Source: Acidimicrobiia bacterium
Lineage (GTDB): Bacteria > Actinomycetota > Acidimicrobiia > IMCC26256 > PALSA-610
DNA length: 64,000 nt
Assembly (NCBI GenBank): GCA_017882905.1
Contig: JADGOO010000106.1
Location: forward strand, 3,498 to 67,497
Direction of reading: 5' to 3'
Positions 18,435 through 28,029 of the stretch are shown in pieces. Below the pieces are notes generated by a model. That model did no database searches, was not told the origin of the DNA, and worked only from the letters and a program-made list of their open reading frames with translations. Position 1 is the first letter of the stretch; each line of letters begins with the position of its first letter. A program made the position numbers and the translations under genes.

Positions 18435-19034
18435 GTGCGTAATCGCAGCGACCCGCAGCTGTCGCTGTTCGCGGGCCGACCCGAACCGCCGGTGGAGCTC
18501 ACGCGACCGCCAGGCGACGTGGATCAGCAGGACCCGTGTAGTCCGCCGTCCCGACTCGCAGTAGAGCTGCGGCGCGGATCCACACGGCGTCGCCACGTCG
18601 AAGGCGTGCTGCGCGGCGAGACGTTGGTGGTGTCGTACCCGGCGCGCATGTCGAAGGCGGAAGCCGAGCGCATCGCGGTCGAGCTGCGCGATCGGATGCA
18701 ACGGCGCCTCGCCCGCGAGCGCATCGATCTCCGGGTACGCGCCCGCCGTCTCGCCCGCGAGCTCGATCTGCCCCTGCCCGCGAACGTGGAGTGGTCCGAC
18801 CGCCAGCTCCACCGCTGGGGGTCGTGCACACCCGTCGACCGGCGCATTCGCGTGTCGTCGCGCCTCGCCGCCTTCCCGCTCTGGGTGCTCGATTACGTGC
18901 TCGTCCACGAGCTCGCGCACCTGCGCTACGCCGATCACAGCGCCGAGTTCCACGAGCTCGTGGCGCGCTACCCGAAGTCGGAGCGGGCCATCGGGTTCCT
19001 GATCGCGCAGTCGATCTACCTCGACGAGGGGTGA
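18435..19034 (+). CDS. YgjP/DUF45-like metallopeptidase
   Basis: RWGSCT, IRVSSRL, DYVLVHELAHL...HS. Confidence 0.85.
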   Translation: MRNRSDPQLSLFAGRPEPPVELTRPPGDVDQQDPCSPPSRLAVELRRGSTRRRHVEGVLRGETLVVSYPARMSKAEAERIAVELRDRMQRRLARERIDLRVRARRLARELDLPLPANVEWSDRQLHRWGSCTPVDRRIRVSSRLAAFPLWVLDYVLVHELAHLRYADHSAEFHELVARYPKSERAIGFLIAQSIYLDEG

Positions 19035-19053
19035 AGGCCCGTACGATTGGGGC

Positions 19054-19701
19054 ATGCCGTACCCGCAACGACTGCTTCACGACGACGAAGAGGTCTGTCT
19101 CGACCTCCAGCCGCACTGGTGGTTCTTCGCCCGCCAGATCGGATCCGCCATCCCGCTGCTCGTCGTGCTCGTGCTCGTGATGGCCGTGCACGGCGACGTC
19201 CGTCACCTCTTGTTCGCCGTGTGGGCCATCGCCACGCTCATCTGGGCCGGCTGGCTCGCGATCAAGTACTTCGACTGGCGCTTCACGCACTTCGTCGTGA
19301 CCGATCAGCGGGTCATCTTCCGTACCGGCGTGATCGCCAAGCGCGGCGTCGAGATCCCGCTCGGGCGGATCAACAACATCAACTTCAGCCAGGGGATCTG
19401 GGAGCGCGTGATCGGAACCGGCGACCTCGAGATCGAGTCGGCCGGTCGCGACGGCCAGTCGGTGTTCGACGACGTGCGCCATCCCGACGGTGTGCAGCAG
19501 GAGATCTACCGGATGATGGAGACCTTCGAGCGCACCCGCGCGTCATGGAGCGCGCCGCAGGTCGTCGCGCAACAGGGCCCGGCGCCCGCTCCGGCATCGG
19601 TGCCCGAGCAGATCGCGCAGCTCGCCGAGCTGCGCGACCGAGGCGTGATCACCCAAGCGGAGTTCGACACCAAGAAGGCCGAGCTGCTCGGTCGCATGTG
19701 A
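19054..19701 (+). CDS. Membrane protein with bacterial PH domain and C-terminal SHOCT
   Basis: 2 TM; FVVTDQRVIFRTG...GTGDLEIESAG; IAQLAELRDRGVITQAEFDTKKAELL. Confidence 0.85.
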   Translation: MPYPQRLLHDDEEVCLDLQPHWWFFARQIGSAIPLLVVLVLVMAVHGDVRHLLFAVWAIATLIWAGWLAIKYFDWRFTHFVVTDQRVIFRTGVIAKRGVEIPLGRINNINFSQGIWERVIGTGDLEIESAGRDGQSVFDDVRHPDGVQQEIYRMMETFERTRASWSAPQVVAQQGPAPAPASVPEQIAQLAELRDRGVITQAEFDTKKAELLGRM

Positions 19702-19707
19702 GCGAGG

Positions 19708-19723
19708 CGCGTGGGAACACGCG
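19708..19723. terminator. Small hairpin between convergent genes
   Basis: CGCGTG-GGAA-CACGCG. Confidence 0.35.
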
Positions 19724-19740
19724 TGAGATGACGCCGCAGC

Positions 19741-20160
19741 TCAATGCGCCGGATCGTGGCCGAGCTCGACAAGGGCATGGCGTAACGCGTCGGCGGCGGC
19801 GTCGAGCTGCTCGGCAGTTGCGTTGCGATCCGCGGCCGCGAAGCTGAGCTGGGCGATGCTGTCGAAGCCGATCACGTGCACGTGCGCATGCGGTACCTCT
19901 TCGCCGGCGATGAGCAGGCCCACGCGGGTGGGCGAGAACGCGCGCTGCATCGCCTGACCGACGACGCGCGCCACCTCGAAGACACGCGCGTTGAGCTCGG
20001 CCGGCATGTCGATCCAGTGGTCGATCTCGGCGCGCGGCACCACGAGCGTGTGACCGGTGGAGAAGGGCTCGATCGTGAGGAACGCCACGACGTCGTCGTC
20101 GCGCCACACGAAGCGTCCGGGCAGCTCGCCTTGGATGATCCGGGTGAAGATGGTGGGCAT
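19741..20160 (-). CDS. HIT family hydrolase
   Basis: TIFTRII, GHTLVVP, VPHAHVHV. Confidence 0.92.
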   Translation of the reverse strand: MPTIFTRIIQGELPGRFVWRDDDVVAFLTIEPFSTGHTLVVPRAEIDHWIDMPAELNARVFEVARVVGQAMQRAFSPTRVGLLIAGEEVPHAHVHVIGFDSIAQLSFAAADRNATAEQLDAAADALRHALVELGHDPAH

Positions 20161-20173
20161 CGTGCTCCTCGGG

Positions 20174-21298
20174 CTATCCACCGGCGGGGGAGCCGCGCGG
20201 GCCCATCACCTCGGCTCCGTCGGCGCTGTTGGCCACGAATGCCGTCGGCCGGAGCGCGGTGGCCGCACGGTAGCGCCGGGCGGCCACGCGCGCGATCTCC
20301 TCGGCCCCGGCCGCGGGCGCGAGGGCGACCACACAGCCGCCGAACCCGGCTCCGGTCAGGCGCGCACCGATCGCTCCGGCCGCCCGCAGCTGGGCGCACA
20401 GCTGATCGAGCTCCGGTGTGCTCACACGGAAGTCGTCGGCTAACGACGCATGGCTCGTGTCGAGCACCGCGCCGATCACGGCGTGGTCATTGGCGCGCAG
20501 CGCGCCGACGAGCTGTTCCACGCGGTGGTTCTCGCTGACCACATGCCGGGCGATCGGGTCGTCGCGCACCGAATCGAGGTCGGCGTCGCGCAGGGTCGGC
20601 ACACCGATGCGCGCGGCCGCAGCCTCGCAGGCGGCGCGCCGAGCCGCGTACTCCGACGTGGCGAGCGCGCGCGGAAGTCCGCTGTGCACGACCACGATGG
20701 CAAGATCGGTCGGAAGTGGGATCGGCTCAACCTGCAACGAGCGGCAGTCGATGCGCAGCGCGTGTCCGCGGCGCCCGTGCACGCTCGCCATCTGGTCCAT
20801 GATCCCGCACGGCACACCCACGAGGTGCTCGGCTCGTTGCGCGCACCGCGCGAGCTCGTCGCCGTGAAGGTCGGTGCCGGCGAGGCACGAGAGGGCCATC
20901 GACACGGCCACGTTGCACGCCGCGCTCGACGACAGTCCGGATCCGACCGGCACGCTCGACGCCAGCGCGAGACGAGCACCGGTCATTGCGATGCCGAGCT
21001 CGTGGAGCGCGCCCACCACGCCTGCGATCCCGATGCTCCACGATGCGCCCGACGCGCGCGGGGGATCTGCGATGTCGACCGCGGCCTCGCCGTCGATGGC
21101 GTCGGAGACGGCCCGGATCGTTGCGTCGCCGCGGGGCGCCGCGGCGACGAGCACGTCGCGGTCGATCGCGACCGGCAAGCAGAGTCCGTCCTGGTAGTCG
21201 GTGTGGTCGCCGATGAGGTTCACGCGGCCGGGCGCGCGGACCATCACCGCGGCGTCGGCCGCGGCGCGCGCGAGCCACTCCCGCCGCCGGTCAGGCAT
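20174..21298 (-). CDS. galK: Galactokinase paralog 1
   Basis: PGRVNLIGDHTDY, PVGSGLSSSAA, CGIMDQ, GARLTGAGFGG. Confidence 0.9.
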   Translation of the reverse strand: MPDRRREWLARAAADAAVMVRAPGRVNLIGDHTDYQDGLCLPVAIDRDVLVAAAPRGDATIRAVSDAIDGEAAVDIADPPRASGASWSIGIAGVVGALHELGIAMTGARLALASSVPVGSGLSSSAACNVAVSMALSCLAGTDLHGDELARCAQRAEHLVGVPCGIMDQMASVHGRRGHALRIDCRSLQVEPIPLPTDLAIVVVHSGLPRALATSEYAARRAACEAAAARIGVPTLRDADLDSVRDDPIARHVVSENHRVEQLVGALRANDHAVIGAVLDTSHASLADDFRVSTPELDQLCAQLRAAGAIGARLTGAGFGGCVVALAPAAGAEEIARVAARRYRAATALRPTAFVANSADGAEVMGPRGSPAGG

Positions 21299-22451
21299 CG
21301 GGGCGCGACGAGACCGGCGCGAGCGGCGTCACGCCGGCTCCCGGCGCGGCCTGGGCCACGTAGGCCATGCCGTCGCGGCCGCAGCGTTCGCGGTAGCGAC
21401 GCACGACAGTGGCGGCGACGCCGTCGGCCTGATCGGCGTCGACGAGACCGACGCAACAGCCCCCGAATCCACCGCCGGTGAGGCGCGCACCGTGGGCCCC
21501 GGCCGCGAGCAGCTCCTCCACGATGGCATCGAGCTCGGGCCGCGAGACCTCCATGTCGTCGCGCAGCGACGCGTGGCCCGCGGTCATCAACGCACCTGCG
21601 GCGCGCACGTCGCCGGCGCGGAGCGCGTCGGCGAATGCCCACACCCGTTGCATCTCCGATACCACATGGCGCCCGCGTGGGTTGCCGGCGACCTGATCGG
21701 GTGTCGCGTCGCGCAACACGCGCAATCCGAGATCCGTCGCGCAGCTGAGACCGTCGGCCCGGCGTTGCGGCCACGGACTCGTCTCGAGCGTGCGAGGCAC
21801 CCGTGAGTCGACCACCACGATGGCGATGTCGCCGGGCAGCGGGATCGCCTCCACGTGCTGTGAACGGCAGTCGATGAGCAGCGCGTGGCCGGCGCGTCCG
21901 AGCACCGACGCGAACTGATCCTGGATGCCGCAGGGCACGCCGGTGGCCGCGCGTTCCGCGGCCTGGCACGCCAACGCGAGCTCGGCGCCCTCGATCGGAG
22001 TGCCGGTCGCGCCGGCGGCGTGCACGAGCGATACGGCCACCGCGACCTCGAACGCCGCACTCGACGACAGGCCGCCGCCGATGGTCAGGTTCGAGCCCAC
22101 CACGCCCTCGAGGCCCACTGGCGGACGGCCGTGCGCGGCGAGGATCGAGGCGACGCCGCCCACGAGTCGGCCCCATCGAGGCTCGATGCCGGGCGCGTCG
22201 TCGCGACCATCGGCCGCGATGTCGACGGTTCCGTCGAGGTCGAGCGAGCGCAACACGATACGGCCGTCGGGTCGGGGTCGCATCGCGATCGCGATCTCGC
22301 GGTCTATCGCGAGGCACACGACCGGCCCTTCGTGGTAGTCGACATGCCCGCCGAGCAAGTTGACGCGCCCTGGAGCACGCGCCACCGCGGTCGCGTCGGG
22401 AAAGGCCGCGAACACACGCGCGATCGGATCGTCGGCGGACTCGATCGCCAT
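21291..22451 (-). CDS. galK: Galactokinase paralog 2 (altered sugar-binding motif)
   Basis: PGRVNLLGGHVDY, GGGLSSSAA, CGIQDQ, GARLTGGGFGG. Confidence 0.85.
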   Translation of the reverse strand: MAIESADDPIARVFAAFPDATAVARAPGRVNLLGGHVDYHEGPVVCLAIDREIAIAMRPRPDGRIVLRSLDLDGTVDIAADGRDDAPGIEPRWGRLVGGVASILAAHGRPPVGLEGVVGSNLTIGGGLSSSAAFEVAVAVSLVHAAGATGTPIEGAELALACQAAERAATGVPCGIQDQFASVLGRAGHALLIDCRSQHVEAIPLPGDIAIVVVDSRVPRTLETSPWPQRRADGLSCATDLGLRVLRDATPDQVAGNPRGRHVVSEMQRVWAFADALRAGDVRAAGALMTAGHASLRDDMEVSRPELDAIVEELLAAGAHGARLTGGGFGGCCVGLVDADQADGVAATVVRRYRERCGRDGMAYVAQAAPGAGVTPLAPVSSRPDA

Positions 22452-22461
22452 CGCCACGACG

Positions 22462-23427
22462 CTACGCGTCACGCAGTGCCCGGGCCGCGTCTTCGGGCAC
22501 GACAGGGTTGGCGAGCGTGCCACTGCCGAGCTCACCGCTCGCCACGAAGCGCGCAACGCCCGGCGCGCGCTGGGGAGGCGCGACATGCGCGTGGATGTGC
22601 TGCGGTGCGTCGCGCTCGCCCTGCGCCGGGGCCTGGTGGAACCAGAGGAGGTACGGGAAGGGCCGCGGCGCGGCATCCGAGGTCCACAGACGGTCGTAGC
22701 GACCCAGCGCGTCGTGGAGCGCCTCTGCGAGTCCGTCGCGTTGCGAGTCGTCGAGCTGCGGGAACCCCGCCGTATGACGGCGCGGCGCGATGCGCAGGCC
22801 GAACGGATGCGACGACGCGAACGGTACGTACACGACCCAGGATTCGGTCTCGTGCACGATGCGCTCGCCGTCGCGCAGCTCGGCCGCGACCTCCGCGCAC
22901 ACCGCGCAGCCGTGCTCGCTCGACACGTCGTCTTCGCCCGCCGCGGCGGGCGGCACGAATGGATACGCGTAGATCTGGCCGTGCGGGTGGTTGATGGTGG
23001 CGCCGACCTCGGCGCCCCGGTTCTCGAACACGAGCACGTACGCGACTTCTGAGCGGGCGAGGAGCACTTCGGTGCGAGCCGCCCACAGATCGACGACCTT
23101 GCGCACCTGCGTGAGCGGCAGCGTGGCGAGCGACGCGTCGTGATCGGGTGAGAACAGCACCACCTCGCACGCGCCCACCGCGGGGATCCGGAGGCCTCCC
23201 GCGGCTTCTGCGCTGCGGGTGTGGTCGGTCTGGGAATCGATCGGGTTGCCGGGCGCGAGTGCGGGCCAGCGGTTCGTGAACCACCGCACGTCGTAGGGCT
23301 CCGGAGCCTCGAGGCCGCCGACGCAGAACGGGCAGTCGCCGGTGGGCAGGTTGGGGCGCCCCTGTCGGTGCCCGACGATGGTCACCCATTGGCGCGTCAA
23401 CGGGTCGAGGCGGAACTCGGCGGCCAC
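22462..23427 (-). CDS. galT: Galactose-1-phosphate uridylyltransferase
   Basis: R-x-x-RP...CPFC, NRWP, FENRG...GATINHPHGQIY. Confidence 0.92.
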   Translation of the reverse strand: MAAEFRLDPLTRQWVTIVGHRQGRPNLPTGDCPFCVGGLEAPEPYDVRWFTNRWPALAPGNPIDSQTDHTRSAEAAGGLRIPAVGACEVVLFSPDHDASLATLPLTQVRKVVDLWAARTEVLLARSEVAYVLVFENRGAEVGATINHPHGQIYAYPFVPPAAAGEDDVSSEHGCAVCAEVAAELRDGERIVHETESWVVYVPFASSHPFGLRIAPRRHTAGFPQLDDSQRDGLAEALHDALGRYDRLWTSDAAPRPFPYLLWFHQAPAQGERDAPQHIHAHVAPPQRAPGVARFVASGELGSGTLANPVVPEDAARALRDA

Positions 23428-23455
23428 GCCCCGCATCCTGCCCTACGGTGCGCAT

Positions 23456-24058
23456 GTGGTCGGGATCCGGCGCATGAGGCGGGGCGACATCGTGGCGGTG
23501 TCGGCCGCCCAGTCCAGGGCGTTCTACGACGACCCGTTGCAGGTCTGGACGTTGCCCGACGACAGCACGCGCCTGGCCGCACTCGAGCGGATGTTCCTCA
23601 TCGCGCTGCCGGTCATCTCGCTGCGCCACGACGAGTGCTACACCGACGACTCGGGTGCCGTTGCCGCGCTCTGGATGCCTCCCGGCTCGTGGCACCTGCC
23701 GCTGCCCGCGCCGGCGATCACCGCGTTGGCGCCGCTGCGCGAGGTGCTCGGCGAAGAAGCTATGGAACGCCAGCGTGTGCTGAACGACGCGATGGCCGCT
23801 GTGCATCCGCAGGAGCTGCACTGGTACCTGCAGGGACTCGGTACCGACCCGCCGTGCCAGCGGCGCGGCTTCGCGTCGGCCGCGCTCGCGCCCGTGCTCG
23901 CTCGGTGCGACGTCGACGGCACGCCCGCGTACCTCGAGAGCACGAAGGTGGAGAACGTGCCGTTCTACGAGAGCCACGGGTTCGCGGTGACGGGCACGAT
24001 CGACATCCCCGACGGCCCCAGCCTGTTCACCATGTGGCGCGCCCCGAAGCCCGGCTGA
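23456..24058 (+). CDS. GNAT N-acetyltransferase
   Basis: HWYLQGLGTDPPCQRRGFAS, AYLES, NVPFYESHGF. Confidence 0.88.
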   Translation: MVGIRRMRRGDIVAVSAAQSRAFYDDPLQVWTLPDDSTRLAALERMFLIALPVISLRHDECYTDDSGAVAALWMPPGSWHLPLPAPAITALAPLREVLGEEAMERQRVLNDAMAAVHPQELHWYLQGLGTDPPCQRRGFASAALAPVLARCDVDGTPAYLESTKVENVPFYESHGFAVTGTIDIPDGPSLFTMWRAPKPG

Positions 24059-24077
24059 CGATCGCGCCGCAACGCGG

Positions 24078-24989
24078 TCAGGCTTTGCGTACGGCCGGCA
24101 TCACTTCGGCCGCGAAGCGCTCGAGGCCGTCGACGTCGAACGGTGCGCGCACGGCCACGATCACGTACTCCGCGCCCGCGCCGGCGAACGCAGCCGCGTG
24201 GTCGACCATCTGCTGCGTCGACCCCCGGAACACCGAAGGCCGCACCGCGTCGCTCATCGGGCCGAACTGGCGCACGAGCTCCTCTTCGCTGAACGCCATG
24301 CCGACGTTCACCGACTTCGTGATGGTCGACGGGTCGCGGCCGAGTCGCTCGCAGTGCGCGTCGAGCACGCCGGCTTTGCGGGCCCACAGATCGGGTGGGA
24401 TGAACGGCACGTTCCAGCCGTCGGCGTGTTGGGCGGCGATGCGCAGCGTGACCTTCTCGCCACCTCCGCCGATCCAGATCGGGAGGCGCTCCTGCACTGG
24501 CTTGGGTTCGCACTGCGCGTCGCGCAGGGTGAAGTGCCGGCCGTCGAACGTGGTGCGTTCCTGGGTGAGCAAGCCGCGCACGCACTGGATCGACTCTTCG
24601 AGCATCCGGAGTCGCTCGCCACTCGACCCGTAGTGCATGCCGTACACGTCGTACTCGTTGCGCAGCCACCCGGCGCCCATGCCGAACGTGATCCGGCCGG
24701 CGGCGAGCTGATCGAGCGTGGCCATCGTGTTGGCGAGAACGGCCGGGTGCCGGTAGCCCGCCGAGTACACGAGCGAGCCGCAGCGCACCCGTGTGGTCGC
24801 CGCAGCCAAGGCCGCGTGCGACGCGACCGCTTCGAGGCAGTGCGGGTTGCCGGTGTTGTCGGCGGCGTAGAAGTGGTCCCAGATCGAGATCCAGTCGAAG
24901 CCGAGCGCCTCGATGCGCTGCCAGAGCTGCTGCAGCTCGCTGATCGAAGTGTTCTGCAGGCCGGTGTGCACACCGAACTTCACATCCAT
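24078..24989 (-). CDS. LLM-class (probably F420-dependent) oxidoreductase
   Basis: GFDWISIWDHF, RHPAVLA, GMGAGW, PIWIGGGGEK. Confidence 0.88.
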   Translation of the reverse strand: MDVKFGVHTGLQNTSISELQQLWQRIEALGFDWISIWDHFYAADNTGNPHCLEAVASHAALAAATTRVRCGSLVYSAGYRHPAVLANTMATLDQLAAGRITFGMGAGWLRNEYDVYGMHYGSSGERLRMLEESIQCVRGLLTQERTTFDGRHFTLRDAQCEPKPVQERLPIWIGGGGEKVTLRIAAQHADGWNVPFIPPDLWARKAGVLDAHCERLGRDPSTITKSVNVGMAFSEEELVRQFGPMSDAVRPSVFRGSTQQMVDHAAAFAGAGAEYVIVAVRAPFDVDGLERFAAEVMPAVRKA

Positions 24990-25002
24990 CGTGGGCGCCC
25001 GT

Positions 25003-25935
25003 TCAGCCGAGGTGCGGCATCACGCGCTCCGCGATGAGCCGCACGTGATCGTGGTCGTTGATGTCGAGCACCTGCAGGTATGCACGCGACGCACCCGCTG
25101 CGCCGAACGCCCGCAGGCGTTCGATCACCTCGTCGGGAGTGCCCGCGACGCCGTTCTGGCGCAGCTCATCGGGCGCGCGACCGATCGCGGCTGCGCGGCG
25201 CGCGAACTCGGCGTCGTCGGTGCCGCAGCACACGACGACCGCCGCCGAGAAGGTCATCGTGGTGGACCAGTCGCGGCCGACCGTGTCGCATGCGGTCTTC
25301 ACATGATCGATCGCAGTGGGGTAGTAGTCGAGCGGCGCGAACGGCACGTTGAAGTCGGTGGCGTACTGCGCGGCCAGCCGCGGTGTGCGCTTCGTGCCGA
25401 AGCCACCGATGACGATCGGCACCGCGTGCTGGACCGGCTTGGGCAACGCGGGTGAGTCGGTCAGCTGGTAGTGCTTGCCCTCGTAGCTGAACCGTTCACC
25501 GACCGGCGTCGACCACAGGCCGGTCACGATCGCCAGCTGCTCCTCGAGACGTTCGAAGCGCACGCCGAGGGGCGGGAACTCGAAGCCATAGGCGCGGTGC
25601 TCGTCTTCGTACCAGCCGGCACCTATGCCGAGCTCGATCCGCCCGCCACTCATCGCGTCGGCCTGCGCGACCGTGATCGCGAGCAAGCCCGGCGGCCGGA
25701 AGGTGGCCGAGGTGACGAGCGTGCCGAGCCGGATGCGCGATGTCTCCCGACCGATCGCGGCGAGCGTGGCCCACGCATCGGTGGGTCCCGGGCCGCCGTC
25801 GACGTCGCCCATCTTGAGGAAGTGGTCAGATCGGAAGAACGCGTCGAAGCCCAGGTCATCGGCCAGCTGTGCGAGCGCGAGGAGCTGGTCGTAGCTCGCG
25901 CCCTGCTGCGGTTCGGTGAAGATTCGGAGCTGCAC
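25003..25935 (-). CDS. LLM-class F420-dependent oxidoreductase (Rv1855c-like)
   Basis: LRIFTEPQQGA, AFFRSDHF, GPTDAW, DSPALPKP. Confidence 0.9.
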   Translation of the reverse strand: MQLRIFTEPQQGASYDQLLALAQLADDLGFDAFFRSDHFLKMGDVDGGPGPTDAWATLAAIGRETSRIRLGTLVTSATFRPPGLLAITVAQADAMSGGRIELGIGAGWYEDEHRAYGFEFPPLGVRFERLEEQLAIVTGLWSTPVGERFSYEGKHYQLTDSPALPKPVQHAVPIVIGGFGTKRTPRLAAQYATDFNVPFAPLDYYPTAIDHVKTACDTVGRDWSTTMTFSAAVVVCCGTDDAEFARRAAAIGRAPDELRQNGVAGTPDEVIERLRAFGAAGASRAYLQVLDINDHDHVRLIAERVMPHLG

Positions 25936-25997
25936 GACACCGGAACCTACCGAGCGCGCGTGCCCACCGTCCTGCGCGGCGCCCCTACGCTGGTCCC

Positions 25998-26837
25998 GTG
26001 CTGCAGGTGGAGCGATGGCCCACGCTGAACGACCCGGTGCTCGTGTACTCGTTCACGGGCTGGGTCGACGCGGGCCTCGCCGGGCAGGGCACCGCCGCGC
26101 TCATCGTGGATCAGCTCGAGGCCGGCAACGGCAGCCGGTTCGGTCGCATCGACCTCACCGATCTGCTCGACCTGCAGCAGACGCGCCCCACGGTGAAGCT
26201 CGTCGACGGCGGATTGCGCCGCATCGAGTGGCCGCAGGTGGAGCTGTGGTCCGGGCGCCTCGGACGCGACGTGGTGTGCGTGCGCGGGCCCGAGCCGTCG
26301 ATCCGCTGGCCCACGTTCGCGGGCTGGATCGTGGAGATCGCCGAGCAAGTGGGTGCGCGTGAGGCGTACGCCGTTGGCGGCATGCCGCACGTGATCACGC
26401 ACCGGCGTCCGGTGCCGGTGCTCGCGACGGCCACGAAGCGATCGATCGCCCAGGAGGTGGGGCCGCTGCGCGACGACTACCTCGGCGCCACCGGTCTCAA
26501 CACGGTCGTGCAGTCGATCCTCGGCGATGCGGGCATCCGTTCGGTGGCGCTGTGGGCGCAGGTTCCGCAGTACGTGTCGGGTTCGCCGTCTCCGCCCGCC
26601 GTGCGCGCGCTCGCGCAACGCCTCGCCGACCTGGCGCGCCTCACCCCCGATCTGCGAGCGCTCGATGCTCGCGCCGCCGCGTATCGCGACAAGGTCGAAG
26701 AGGGATTGGCGGAGCGTCCCGACGTGCTCGCGATCGTCAACCAGATCGACGAGCAATGGTCGCAACGGATCCCGAGTGCCGACGAGCTCGCCTCGGAGAT
26801 CGAGCAGTTCCTGAAGACGCAGCGCGACCAGGACTGA
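25998..26837 (+). CDS. PAC2 family (proteasome assembly chaperone-like) protein
   Basis: FTGWVDAG, TRP, GPEP, HRRP, WAQVPQY, IPSADELASEIEQFL. Confidence 0.88.
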   Translation: MLQVERWPTLNDPVLVYSFTGWVDAGLAGQGTAALIVDQLEAGNGSRFGRIDLTDLLDLQQTRPTVKLVDGGLRRIEWPQVELWSGRLGRDVVCVRGPEPSIRWPTFAGWIVEIAEQVGAREAYAVGGMPHVITHRRPVPVLATATKRSIAQEVGPLRDDYLGATGLNTVVQSILGDAGIRSVALWAQVPQYVSGSPSPPAVRALAQRLADLARLTPDLRALDARAAAYRDKVEEGLAERPDVLAIVNQIDEQWSQRIPSADELASEIEQFLKTQRDQD

Positions 26838-28029
26838 CATTCCGCTCCGGCGCATGGTGGTCGCGCCACACGTCGCGCAGCTTCAGGGTCGGCCCGCTGT
26901 GCAGGACCGCTCGCGTGTACACGCGGCCGCCGAGCTCCACCAGCCCGGCGATCGTGAGGACCGTGAGCGCCAGGGCGACTGCCGGCTCCCACCAGGCCGC
27001 GGTACCCATCGCGATGCGCACCGGCATCGTGAGCGGCGCGGTGGCCGGGAAGAACGACAGCACGCGCGCCCAGCTGCTGTCGGGGCTGCCGATCGCCCCG
27101 AACGACACGAAGTAGCCGGCGATCAACACGAACTGCACGGGTCCGGCGACGCTCTGAGCGTCTTCCGTACGCGATGCGAGCGAACCGAGCGCGCCGTACA
27201 CCATTGCGTAGAGCGCGTACCCGAGCACGAACCACACGACGACCCAGGCGAGCACCGCGCCGCGCGCGGCCGGGACATCGAACGAGTCGACGCTCGAAGT
27301 GGCGACGAGCGCAGCGAGCGCGGTCACGGCGATCTGCGCGAGCCCGAGCAATCCGATCCCCGCGACCTTCCCTGCGAGCAGGTTGCGGGCAGGAATGCGT
27401 GCGAGCAGTACCTCGACGACGCGGCTCGCCTTCTCCTCGACCACACCGGTGAGCACGAGGTTCCCGTAGGTGGTGATCGAGATGAAGAGCAACACCATCA
27501 TGATCATCGCCGCGGTCTCGTCGTCCTTGCTGCGGCCGGCCACCGAGCCCAACGCCGTGTTCGCGATCGGAACCGGTGCCACGATGGCGAGCAGGTCCTG
27601 CTCGCTGATGCCCGCGCTGGTTGCTCGCGCGCGCACGGCCACGAGCTGGATCGCGCTCGCGACGACGCCGCGCAGCTTCTCGTCGGTCTGACCGCGCCAT
27701 TCGAGCTTCCGGGCGTCGACGACGAGCACATCGACGCGACTGCGACGTGTCGCTTCTTCCCCTGCAGCGATCGAGCTGTAGCTGTGCACGCGCACCGTCA
27801 TGCCAGAAGCCTTGCTCTGCACCTGGATGGTGCTCGCGAGGTCGGTCGGGACCGAACCAGCCAGGCCGATGTTGCGGGGAGCACTCCCGGAGCTGAGCAG
27901 CGACGGTGCGACGATCACGCCGACGACGATGAGGATCATCACCACCACGGAGGCGCGAAAGGCGCGCGAACGGCTCCGCTCTCGCATCTCTCGCGCGGCG
28001 ACGAGCCACACTTGGCGAAGGCTGCTCAT
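26737..28029 (-). CDS. ABC-2 type transporter permease
   Basis: REMRER, GVVEEKASRVVEVLL, LLAGK, SFFPATAP; 3' end overlaps PAC2 antisense. Confidence 0.88.
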   Translation of the reverse strand: MSSLRQVWLVAAREMRERSRSRAFRASVVVMILIVVGVIVAPSLLSSGSAPRNIGLAGSVPTDLASTIQVQSKASGMTVRVHSYSSIAAGEEATRRSRVDVLVVDARKLEWRGQTDEKLRGVVASAIQLVAVRARATSAGISEQDLLAIVAPVPIANTALGSVAGRSKDDETAAMIMMVLLFISITTYGNLVLTGVVEEKASRVVEVLLARIPARNLLAGKVAGIGLLGLAQIAVTALAALVATSSVDSFDVPAARGAVLAWVVVWFVLGYALYAMVYGALGSLASRTEDAQSVAGPVQFVLIAGYFVSFGAIGSPDSSWARVLSFFPATAPLTMPVRIAMGTAAWWEPAVALALTVLTIAGLVELGGRVYTRAVLHSGPTLKLRDVWRDHHAPERNVSPGRAASSGTARSPRRARRHSGSVATIARRSG

